Of a DNA stretch of 64,000 nucleotides, positions 38,115-46,140 are shown piece after piece. Both the position numbers and the translations under genes were made by a program. Each line of letters begins with the position of its first letter. The first letter of the stretch is position 1. The stretch is from a virus (taxonomy: Duplodnaviria > Caudoviricetes). The stretch lies in the IMG/VR virus record IMGVR_UViG_3300010429_000387, positions 256,001 through 320,000 of that record; one strand, 5' to 3'. The notes under the pieces are model-generated. The model was not told the DNA's origin, made no database searches, and saw nothing but the letters and a program-made list of their open reading frames with translations.

Positions 38115-38525
38115 GTGGTCTCCGAACTAGACAAGAAGTGGGTCAAACGGCAGCAAGCCTACCAGAGACGAAAGACCCTCCGGGAACAAGCGGTCGCCTA
38201 CAAGGGGGGCAAGTGTGTCATCTGTGGCTACACTGGATTCCCGAGTGCCTTCGACTTTCATCATTTTGACCCTAGGACCAAAGACTTCACCATCTCGAAG
38301 CGGGTGGTGGCGTTCGAGACCATCCGGCCAGAGCTGGACAAATGCGTTCTGGTCTGCTGTAGGTGCCACCGAGAGATCCACGACGGGCTTCACCCTGGGT
38401 ACCTCGTTCGGGACGATGACGACCGGGGCGGGTGGGATGGGTACGACCCCGATGAAGAGGACCCCAACGAGTTGACCTACGAGGAGGAGCTGGAGGTCAA
38501 CGAGGTCCTTGCTTCGGTCAGCTAG
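38115..38525 (+). CDS. HNH-type endonuclease-like protein
   Basis: GGKC..CGY....FDFHH..P..K.F.IS....EL.KC.L.C..CHRE.H. Confidence 0.8.
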   Translation: MVSELDKKWVKRQQAYQRRKTLREQAVAYKGGKCVICGYTGFPSAFDFHHFDPRTKDFTISKRVVAFETIRPELDKCVLVCCRCHREIHDGLHPGYLVRDDDDRGGWDGYDPDEEDPNELTYEEELEVNEVLASVS

Positions 38526-38544
38526 ATTTTTTCTACGAACCTGG

Positions 38545-38572
38545 TTGAAAGATTCGGGGCTGGCCCGTTGTA
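38545..38572 (+). promoter_or_regulatory. TTGAAA-N15-CGTTGTA promoter, ATG 5 nt downstream
   Basis: One of four copies with identical spacing. Confidence 0.75.
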
Positions 38573-38577
38573 GAGAC

Positions 38578-38961
38578 ATGGCAACCCGATATGTTGAAGT
38601 CAGCAGCCAGGCGATTGAAAACCTCCTCAGCTCGAAGGGCTTCGTCCGCACGGTCCAGAACCGTGAGGTGGTCTATGTGTTCACGCACAAGGCCGACCCC
38701 TGCGTCAAGGTGAAGGTCTACACGAGCCTTCGGGACGGGGCCTCGGTTGCCCGTGGTTGTGGCGAGGACGCCATTCGGATCTGCACCGTGTTCGAGGGCA
38801 ACGGAAAGTCCTTCGGAATCGGCAAGTTCCCGAAGATCCTTCGCACGGGTTCTGAGGAAGCGGTTTTGGACCGCATCATCGAGCGTGCCCGTATTGCCTA
38901 CCTCCGTGGGACTGAGTTCGTGAAGGAGTCCCGAGCCCGCTTCGCCAATCGTGCCTCTTGA
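38578..38961 (+). CDS. Hypothetical protein (probable early gene)
   Basis: Leaderless ATG after the promoter; V.TS......R..G.DAIR pattern. Confidence 0.75.
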   Translation: MATRYVEVSSQAIENLLSSKGFVRTVQNREVVYVFTHKADPCVKVKVYTSLRDGASVARGCGEDAIRICTVFEGNGKSFGIGKFPKILRTGSEEAVLDRIIERARIAYLRGTEFVKESRARFANRAS

Positions 38962-38973
38962 AAGGAGCCAACC

Positions 38974-39231
38974 ATGTTCGCTATCGGCCAGATCGTTTCC
39001 ACCCCTGGTGCCCGTGAGCGCTTCTCTACCGACTTCATGACCCTCTCCCTCGCCCGCCACCTGAACGGGGACTGGGGCGACCTCGATGACGAGGACAAGG
39101 CGTCCAACGACTCTTCCCTGGCCTCCGGGGGCCGTCTTCTGTCGTCCTACAAGAAGGATTCGGACACCCTCTGGATCATCACGGAAGCAGACCGGAGCGT
39201 GACCACGTTCCTCCTCCCCTCGGAATACTAG
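38974..39231 (+). CDS. Plasmid/phage-type small conserved protein
   Basis: AAGGAG RBS; RH..GDWG.L...N....G.R.LS.Y...WIITE.DRS.TT.LLP.EY. Confidence 0.8.
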   Translation: MFAIGQIVSTPGARERFSTDFMTLSLARHLNGDWGDLDDEDKASNDSSLASGGRLLSSYKKDSDTLWIITEADRSVTTFLLPSEY

Positions 39232-39239
39232 GCGCCTGG

Positions 39240-39267
39240 TTGAAAGACTCGGACCTCGAACGTTGTA
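39240..39267 (+). promoter_or_regulatory. TTGAAA-N15-CGTTGTA promoter, ATG 5 nt downstream
   Basis: One of four copies with identical spacing. Confidence 0.75.
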
Positions 39268-39272
39268 GGACC

Positions 39273-39563
39273 ATGGACCAAGTTCAAGCTCACGCTCTCC
39301 AAGTCGAGACCCAGGCTAAGCGCAAGGAGCTGGGTGCCCAGCTCCCGGCCCTTGCGATGAGGGTCTTTGCCCTTCAGGGCAAGCACTACCAGGGGAGCGG
39401 GTACCACTGGACCCTGGTCAAGGCCATCGGGGCCTTGCTTTGGAACGTCAACGACTACGACTCCAAATTCACTTGGGATGACCTGCTGGTCAACGAGGTC
39501 ATTTACGAGGACCTGGTCGAACAAGTCGGAGAAGCAGAGAAGGCGGTGGCAAGTGGTCAGTGA
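39273..39563 (+). CDS. Hypothetical protein (probable early gene)
   Basis: ATG at 39273 in frame with the track ORF. Confidence 0.7.
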   Translation: MDQVQAHALQVETQAKRKELGAQLPALAMRVFALQGKHYQGSGYHWTLVKAIGALLWNVNDYDSKFTWDDLLVNEVIYEDLVEQVGEAEKAVASGQ

Positions 39564-39870
39564 CAAGGATCAACTGAAACAGGCTCTCCATGAGGCTCAG
39601 GGGAGACTAGGGACCCCGCTCATGCCAAGTACCCCGGACCTGGTGATCGACAGTCTGCCTGACGCCTCAGACCTGGTTATACTCTCAGGACTCAACAACG
39701 AGTTGAGTGTCGCCAAGTTGAGGGAGCTTCGTCCACTGGCAGTCGAAGTGCTCTCAGAGGCAGGCATCTGTTCTTGCGGCACCAGAAGGACCTCGGTAGG
39801 GCGCTGCCCTTGTTGCAGCCTTCTCTGGCCGGACTCCCTCCCTAGGTACCAAATAAGTCGAGGCTGCTGA
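39553..39870 (+). CDS. Hypothetical protein with C-terminal Zn ribbon
   Basis: CSCG...CPCC. Confidence 0.55.
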   Translation: MVSDKDQLKQALHEAQGRLGTPLMPSTPDLVIDSLPDASDLVILSGLNNELSVAKLRELRPLAVEVLSEAGICSCGTRRTSVGRCPCCSLLWPDSLPRYQISRGC

Positions 39871-39881
39871 GAGGTCGATTC

Positions 39882-40244
39882 ATGCGACTCCCAACGCTTG
39901 ATGCCTTTATCGCTCAGGCCAAGGTCTCCTGGCCCCACAACGGATGGGTCAGAGAGCCAGGGTTCTCTGGTCTCTACGTGAGGATCAGCCAACGGAAGAT
40001 CGATGGGGTCGAGCGTACCTTCCTCGACCTGGCGAACATGGAGGCACGGAAGCCGGGAAGCGGAACCCTCACCCGGTTGGTGGCCCGTCTGAAGGTCGAT
40101 CACCCGGACCTATCGCTGTACGTCGAGAGTGTCCTGAACCCTCGACTCCCTTCGATGCTCGTGAACAAGCTGGGATTCAAGCCGCACCCCTACCTACCTG
40201 GGTGCTTCTACCTTCTTCACCCCGAAGCCAGACAGGCACAGTGA
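39882..40244 (+). CDS. Possible GNAT-fold protein
   Basis: GAGG RBS; LAN.E...PGSG.L..L, VESV.N.R pattern. Confidence 0.55.
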   Translation: MRLPTLDAFIAQAKVSWPHNGWVREPGFSGLYVRISQRKIDGVERTFLDLANMEARKPGSGTLTRLVARLKVDHPDLSLYVESVLNPRLPSMLVNKLGFKPHPYLPGCFYLLHPEARQAQ

Positions 40245-40495
40245 TCGGCTAGGACCCGACCATACTCGGGGTGCCCCACCGACTCACCCTTCTTGATGTC
40301 CTCTGCCCCAACCGGCTGAAGCCCTTTGGCTTCCCGCTCCAAGTTGACCTCGGTCAGGAGAAGAGACCTCTCGTGAATGGCCCAGGCGGGGACCTTATTG
40401 CCGTCGGAATCCCGAACTTCCTCGGCTCTTTTGTCCCTGTCCATGCTAGCTACCAGCAAAACTTGGTAGAACCGTCGAGACAACACGTTTCCCAT
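40217..40495 (-). CDS. Hypothetical protein
   Basis: GGAGG upstream on the minus strand; fills the gap. Confidence 0.55.
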   Translation of the reverse strand: MGNVLSRRFYQVLLVASMDRDKRAEEVRDSDGNKVPAWAIHERSLLLTEVNLEREAKGLQPVGAEDIKKGESVGHPEYGRVLADHCACLASG

Positions 40496-40520
40496 ACCGC
40501 CCTCCGGTGTAAGAGGTCAC

Positions 40521-41684
40521 ATGAACTTCGATTGGAACGAGTACAAGGGGAATCTCACCTGGCTCCCTGACAGGACGCTCTATCTCACGAGGCACGGAAG
40601 CCATGCCTACGGGACGAGTCTCCCAACCTCGGATGTGGACATCCGAGGGATCTGCATCGCCCCGAAGACCTACTACCTCGGATTCTCTCAGGTTTTCGAG
40701 CAGGCGGACCAGAAGGAGCCAGACTTCTGCATCTTCGAGATCCGGAAGTTCCTCCGGTTGGCTTCGGATGCTAACCCGAACGTGCTGGAGTTGCTGCATA
40801 CGGACCCTGAGGATCACCTTCTGACGAGCCAACTGGGTCAGAAACTCATCGACCATCGGCACCTGTTCTTGAGCCGGAAGGCCAAGCACACCTTCTCTGG
40901 GTACGCCGTTTCTCAGCTCAAGAGGATCAACACCCACTACCGGTGGCTGAAGAACCCACCTACGGGTGCCCCTTCGAGGGGAGAGTTCGGACTTCCCGAG
41001 CGGACAGTCATTCCTGGGGACCAGCTTGCGGCTGCCAACTCTGCCATCAAGAAGCGCCTGGACGAGTGGAACTGGCATGAGCTGGAGAACATCGAGCCCG
41101 CCATGCGTCAGGCCATCCAGGATGAGTTCTACCGTCGCCTGACCGAGATCACCCAGTGGTCCTGGGAGCAGACTGATGAGAAGGTCTGGCAGGCAGCAGC
41201 AAACAGCCTGGGCCTGTCTACCAACTTCATCGAGTTACTAGACAAGGAGCGCCAGTACACGGCTCGCCTTCGAGAGTGGCAGCAGTACAACGAGTGGAAG
41301 AAGAACCGGAACCAGGACCGGGCCAAGCTCGAAGAGAAGTTCGGCTACGACACGAAGCATGGGATGCACCTGGTTCGCCTACTCCGAATGTGTCGGGAGA
41401 TCCTGACCGAGGGCAAGGTCTTGGTTCGTCGCCCGGATGCGGAAGAGCTTCTTCGGATCCGGGCTGGGGCCTGGGACTACTTCGAGCTGGTGGCTTGGGC
41501 GGAGCAACAGGACAAGGAACTCGAAGAGCTGATGAAGACCTCGTCCCTTCCAAAGCAGCCTGACCGGGCCAGGATCGATGACCTGTGCATCGAACTTGTC
41601 GAGGAATCCTTCATGACTTCGTGGAAGGCCATCCCACCTGCTGGTGGGGACCGGTTCAGCCACATTCTTGGGGATGACAAGTAG
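40521..41684 (+). CDS. Pol-beta superfamily nucleotidyltransferase (RlaP/YcgL-like) with C-terminal DRFSHIL tag
   Basis: GSHAYG....SDVD.RG, NPN.LELL, GYA.SQ, GYDTK..MHLVRLL, L..IR.G. Confidence 0.88.
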   Translation: MNFDWNEYKGNLTWLPDRTLYLTRHGSHAYGTSLPTSDVDIRGICIAPKTYYLGFSQVFEQADQKEPDFCIFEIRKFLRLASDANPNVLELLHTDPEDHLLTSQLGQKLIDHRHLFLSRKAKHTFSGYAVSQLKRINTHYRWLKNPPTGAPSRGEFGLPERTVIPGDQLAAANSAIKKRLDEWNWHELENIEPAMRQAIQDEFYRRLTEITQWSWEQTDEKVWQAAANSLGLSTNFIELLDKERQYTARLREWQQYNEWKKNRNQDRAKLEEKFGYDTKHGMHLVRLLRMCREILTEGKVLVRRPDAEELLRIRAGAWDYFELVAWAEQQDKELEELMKTSSLPKQPDRARIDDLCIELVEESFMTSWKAIPPAGGDRFSHILGDDK

Positions 41685-41922
41685 GCGGGATCGAGTCGTG
41701 AGTCAGCACCCTCTCGAAGCGTGAAGCTGCTGGGGATCCACTTTCAGGGTGACCCGGCTGAGCGTATGCAAGAAGGGCGGATTCAATCTCCGCCCTTCTT
41801 CTTTCTGCCCTTGCAAGACTCATTGCCCTTGAGGCCACAATGGGTTTGACCCCTGGGATGCCTTGGATCTCCACGTAGTAGAGACCTTGCTTTTCCAGGT
41901 GTTGAAGCACAACCTCGATCAC
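41656..41922 (-). CDS. Hypothetical protein with SRFERVL tag
   Basis: Fills the gap and carries the shared motif. Confidence 0.55.
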   Translation of the reverse strand: MIEVVLQHLEKQGLYYVEIQGIPGVKPIVASRAMSLARAERRRAEIESALLAYAQPGHPESGSPAASRFERVLTHDSIPPTCHPQECG

Positions 41923-41976
41923 GTCTTTACAGAGGTGGACACATAAGGGGAGTAGTCCTTCGATGCACTGTGGCTT

Positions 41977-43419
41977 GTGATGGACCCGATCATCAAAGCT
42001 GTGGCCCTGAGATACCGGATCGCCTCCAATGTTGCCCGTCGGTTTGCTGCCGTGGTTGACAAGGCAAAGCTGGAGCAGTGGAAGAAGGACCTCCGGGTCA
42101 TGACCAAGATTTACAGGGACATTCCCCTGGACTTCTCTTGGGACGATGATTCCACCAGTGAGAAAGCTAAGAGCCAGTTCCTTGAGGCTCAGAAGCTCTT
42201 CCGAGTCTTCAGAGATGGGTTCACTGACTGGGTCTACAAGGTGGTCCTTCCCAAGAAGGACAAGAAGGACCAGGGGTACCTAGAGCGTGAGGTGTCAAAG
42301 TCTGCTTGGGACTTCCAGTACACGCTGAGCCTTCTGTTCCCCACCATGTACGGGAACATCCCGGAACTCTCGAAGCTCAAGCATGAGCGGGAGCGTAACA
42401 TCAAGCGCTACCAGGTGGCAGCTACGAAGGCGTTCAAGGACCTGGATGAGTATCTGGCCTCTCAGGGAGGCGGACCCCTTCAGCGGCACGACCCGGTAGA
42501 GACCCTGGATGTCGGAGGGATTCGGGTCACCCTTGAGAACTATGGTCGGGATGAGGACAGTGAGGACGACCTCCACAAAACCTTGAACCAGCTCAAGAAG
42601 TGGGTTTCAGGGGTCTCGAAGGCAGGCTTCCCTGGGGCTGTTCAGGGCCTCTCAGTCACCATCAACTTCGACCAGAAGGAAGCCCTCACCAACGGGATGT
42701 ACAACCCAGCCACGGATACCCTGACCCTCCTCCCTCTTGGGATGGCAGGGAATGATACCATCCGGACGGTGACCCACGAGATCGGGCATCGGTTCTACTT
42801 CCGAGACCTCCCTGGTCAAGCTCGGTCCTACTGGGATGAGGTGATGGAGTCCAAGGGCATCAAGATCACCAAGGAGGACATCCATCGGTTCGCTGATGCT
42901 GTCATTCCCAAGGTGGACCCGGACAATCCCAGAGCGATGAACGATGAGGCCAAGGTTCTCCAGGTGGCCCTTCAGGCAGCTCGGAATGAGTCGGATGAGC
43001 TTCGCTTCAGGGAGCTTGCCAAGTTACCGGTTGTCTCCTGGGATGCTAGGACCTTCGACCGTAGCAAGTACCTGGACCTCCTGATGGGCAGCGAGGGTGA
43101 GACCGTTCTGGTGGAGGAGATCACAGACTATGGTCGAACCTCCCCTGTTGAAGCCTTTGCAGAGTGTTTCCAGCTCTGGATTCTCAAGGGTCCCCGAGCC
43201 CTCGGACCCTGGACCCAGGAGTTCTTCCGGACCATCTGCCGGGCAGGTGGCGCAAAGATTGCGTCTGAGCACTACACAGAGGTTTGCGGCAAGTGCGGAA
43301 CGGTGATCAGTCAATGCCGGTGCATGAGCCCCAACAAGACGACCCGAATCGGACTCTGTGACGAATGTGCCGGAATCAAGAGGGAAGACCCTCTAGCTCA
43401 GTGGTTCCCCGTTCCCTGA
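41977..43419 (+). CDS. Zincin-like metallopeptidase domain protein with C-terminal Zn finger, probably virion-associated
   Basis: G.Y.P..D, HEIGHR, T.YG.TS..EAFAE; N-terminal VALRY and VARRF; CGKC...CRC...CDEC tail. Confidence 0.78.
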   Translation: MMDPIIKAVALRYRIASNVARRFAAVVDKAKLEQWKKDLRVMTKIYRDIPLDFSWDDDSTSEKAKSQFLEAQKLFRVFRDGFTDWVYKVVLPKKDKKDQGYLEREVSKSAWDFQYTLSLLFPTMYGNIPELSKLKHERERNIKRYQVAATKAFKDLDEYLASQGGGPLQRHDPVETLDVGGIRVTLENYGRDEDSEDDLHKTLNQLKKWVSGVSKAGFPGAVQGLSVTINFDQKEALTNGMYNPATDTLTLLPLGMAGNDTIRTVTHEIGHRFYFRDLPGQARSYWDEVMESKGIKITKEDIHRFADAVIPKVDPDNPRAMNDEAKVLQVALQAARNESDELRFRELAKLPVVSWDARTFDRSKYLDLLMGSEGETVLVEEITDYGRTSPVEAFAECFQLWILKGPRALGPWTQEFFRTICRAGGAKIASEHYTEVCGKCGTVISQCRCMSPNKTTRIGLCDECAGIKREDPLAQWFPVP

Positions 43420-43713
43420 TGTAGTGACGGTGTAGCTGCATGACGGTGGAACCCGTCATGCAAGAGTACCCCTGGATCCAGGGGTCTGGTTGACCCGGAC
43501 CTGGTGGACGGATCTTGCCGAAATCGCTAGATAAGTTAGCCACTGGTTTCGACCTGAAACAGGGGCATTCAAGAGGGTTCCACCTGCTACTTCGAGAACA
43601 TCGTTGACCCACCTGGAGACTTTTCTTGGTGGGTCAAGTCGATTTTTCAGAGAACCTAGGACCCATCGGTGTAGATCGAGGGTAACCTGAACCACGAAAC
43701 AGGAGCGTACTGA

Positions 43714-46065
43714 ATGTCATCCTACAAGGTCTCCGACGGGCTTTTCCTCGTTCGCCAACCAGTTGCCAAGGTAGCGGCTCCGGCCAAGCCTGCTGAGACT
43801 CCGGTCAACCACATTGTCGTCATCGACTGCTCCGGCTCGATGTACGGGGAACTGCCGAAGATTCGTGAGCAGCTCAAGAAGAAGCTCCCGAAGCTGATCG
43901 GAGACAAGGACACCCTCTCGGTGATCTGGTTCTCTGGCCGTGGAGAGTTCGGAGCGCTCCTCGAAGCGGAGCCTGTGGCGACCCTGGCGGACCTGGCCGA
44001 CGTGAACAAGGCCATCGACCGGTGGTTGAAGCCGGTGGGCCTCACGGGCTTCAAGGAGCCCCTGGAAGAGGTCTCCAAGCTCATCGACCGAGTAGCCAAG
44101 AAGAACAAGGCGGTCTTCAGCCTCTTCTTCATGAGCGACGGCTGTGACAACCAGTGGTCACGGGCGGACATCCTCAAGACCGTCGAGAAGGCTGCTGGGG
44201 GCCTCTCCTCTGCCACCTTCGTGGAGTACGGCTACTATGCTGACCGTCCCCTTCTGACGGCCATGGCCGAGAAGGCCGGTGGGCAGCTCATCTTCGCTGA
44301 GCACTTCGACAAGTACCAGCCCGCCTTCGAGGCCATCATGTCCAAGAAGCTCTCTGGGGCTCCTCGGATCGAGGTCAAGGTTCCGGGTGGGACCGTGGGC
44401 GGGTTCGCCTATGCCCTGGCCGACGGGGACCTCACGACCTATGCCGTGGAGGAAGGGAAAGTCCAGGTACCCGAGGATACCACGTCCCTCTGGTGGCTCT
44501 CCCCCTTCGACCCCATGAACGGGAAGTCCCCCGATGCGGGTGCTCTGGTCAAGGACTTCGCCAAGAGCGGCAAGGACACGGAGATCATCGCCCCCCTCTA
44601 TGCGGCGGTCTCCCTCTACAGCGTCAGGATGAAGCCCGAGACGGTCTTTCCCCTCCTGAAGTGCCTCGGGGACGTGGCCTTCATCGAGCAGTTCAGCACT
44701 TGCTTCGGAAAGCAGAAGTATTCCGAGTATATGGACGCATCGAAGGCAGCAGCTTTCGACGTGAAGGCCCGGTTCACCAAGGGCTACGACCCGAACAAGG
44801 TCCCGGCGGATGATGCCTACACGGTGCTCGACCTTCTCCAGCTCCTCTCCTCGGACGACACGAACCGGGTTCTCCTCGACCACCCCGAGTTCAAGTACGC
44901 TCGGATCGGCCGTGGCCGGATCGATGCTGACGAGGTGATGACCGAAGAAGAGCAGGTCAAGGTGGCCGAGATCACCAAGAAGATGGCGGGGGAGAAGAAC
45001 GCCTCCAAGATCAAGGCCCTGCAAGAAGAGCTGGCAGCCCTCACGGCAAACAAGCCCGAGGCTCTGAAGTTCGAGGCAGACCCGGTTTCGGATGGGTACC
45101 CCATCTCCAGCCTGACCTACAACGAGGACCGCCCCAACATCTCCATGCTGGTTCGCAAGACCGGTAAGGTGGACCTCTCCAAGCGCCTCCCGGCTGAGTT
45201 CAAGGGGAAGGTACCCGACTCTTTCCCGACGTTCATCTTCCGGAACTACGCCGTGGTCAAGGATGGCCTCGTGAACATCGAGAAGTTGCCCGTTCGAGTG
45301 ACGAAGGAAACGGCCAACAAGCTCGCCACCCTCCTCCCTGAGGAAGCCAAGCCCTCCAAGCTCACGGTTGCTGGGGACTATGTCGAAGGCGTGATCAATC
45401 TCCGGGCTCTTCCGGTGATCAACCGTCGCATGGTCAAGGCGGCCTCGGCCAAGGTCCTCTTCGAGGAGCAGTTCGCTCTGGAGTCGGCTCGGGCTGCCCA
45501 GAAGGTCTTCAAGGCGTACCGTGACGAGAAGGTTGCCAAGAAGGAATCGGCATCCTTCAAGCTCACCTACGGAGAAGCGGCAGCCGAGTGGCTGAAGAAC
45601 CAAGGATTCACTGACTACAGTGGGTTCGGACCCAAGGTCGTCCAGGCCGAAGCCACCGACTTCTACATGGGCAAGGAGCTTTCGGTCAGCATCAAGGGCC
45701 TCTCTTCCCTTCCCAAGGTGGCCGATGTGAAGGCCAAGATGGGCGGGAAGATGACCCCTGGGATCGCCCTGATGGCTCCCTACGTGAAGGAAGTCGAAGC
45801 CTGGCTGGCCTCGGATGCCTACACGAAGGCCCCCAACAAGGATGAAGCCTTCATCTCCTGGATTGACGGCAAGGCCAAGGAGTCCATCAACAAGGCTCGT
45901 CAGTTCATCTACGAGATTGCCTGCATCAAGTTCGCAATCGTGGTCGGGCAGGTCTGGTTCTCGGAGTTTGCATCCCTCGATGAGAACTCGATGACCCTCG
46001 ACTTCGGTGACCTGAAGGGCGTCCTCTGCAAGGTCGATATGAAGGAGATTCAAGTCAAAATCTGA
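43714..46065 (+). CDS. Large vWA-domain protein
   Basis: MIDAS DCSGS, GLT, MSDG; AGGAG RBS; GGTGTA at about 43668; strong codon bias. Confidence 0.85.
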   Translation: MSSYKVSDGLFLVRQPVAKVAAPAKPAETPVNHIVVIDCSGSMYGELPKIREQLKKKLPKLIGDKDTLSVIWFSGRGEFGALLEAEPVATLADLADVNKAIDRWLKPVGLTGFKEPLEEVSKLIDRVAKKNKAVFSLFFMSDGCDNQWSRADILKTVEKAAGGLSSATFVEYGYYADRPLLTAMAEKAGGQLIFAEHFDKYQPAFEAIMSKKLSGAPRIEVKVPGGTVGGFAYALADGDLTTYAVEEGKVQVPEDTTSLWWLSPFDPMNGKSPDAGALVKDFAKSGKDTEIIAPLYAAVSLYSVRMKPETVFPLLKCLGDVAFIEQFSTCFGKQKYSEYMDASKAAAFDVKARFTKGYDPNKVPADDAYTVLDLLQLLSSDDTNRVLLDHPEFKYARIGRGRIDADEVMTEEEQVKVAEITKKMAGEKNASKIKALQEELAALTANKPEALKFEADPVSDGYPISSLTYNEDRPNISMLVRKTGKVDLSKRLPAEFKGKVPDSFPTFIFRNYAVVKDGLVNIEKLPVRVTKETANKLATLLPEEAKPSKLTVAGDYVEGVINLRALPVINRRMVKAASAKVLFEEQFALESARAAQKVFKAYRDEKVAKKESASFKLTYGEAAAEWLKNQGFTDYSGFGPKVVQAEATDFYMGKELSVSIKGLSSLPKVADVKAKMGGKMTPGIALMAPYVKEVEAWLASDAYTKAPNKDEAFISWIDGKAKESINKARQFIYEIACIKFAIVVGQVWFSEFASLDENSMTLDFGDLKGVLCKVDMKEIQVKI

Positions 46066-46082
46066 CCTGAATCAGGCATACT

Positions 46083-46122
46083 GAACGGCGGAGTAGGCTA
46101 CCTGCTCCGCCGTTCTGCATTT
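46083..46122 (+). terminator. Terminator-like hairpin
   Basis: GAACGGCGGAGTAGG-CTA-CCTGCTCCGCCGTTC. Confidence 0.75.
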
Positions 46123-46140
46123 CTGGTGTAGTGTGTGCTC

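Noticed and set aside
36492-38525. Dam plus HNH as a restriction-modification system
   Set aside because: The genes are divergent and separated by three unrelated ORFs; an orphan methylase and a free-standing HNH are simpler explanations.
43420-43700. Gene after the GGTGTA at 43429
   Set aside because: The following ATG opens only about 17 codons, and the minus-strand track ORFs lack support.
11876-46053. Long antisense ORFs (11876-13546, 17705-18916, 20803-22059, 36426-37844, 44158-46053)
   Set aside because: They are shadows of high-GC3 genes with clear motifs on the opposite strand and have no motifs of their own.
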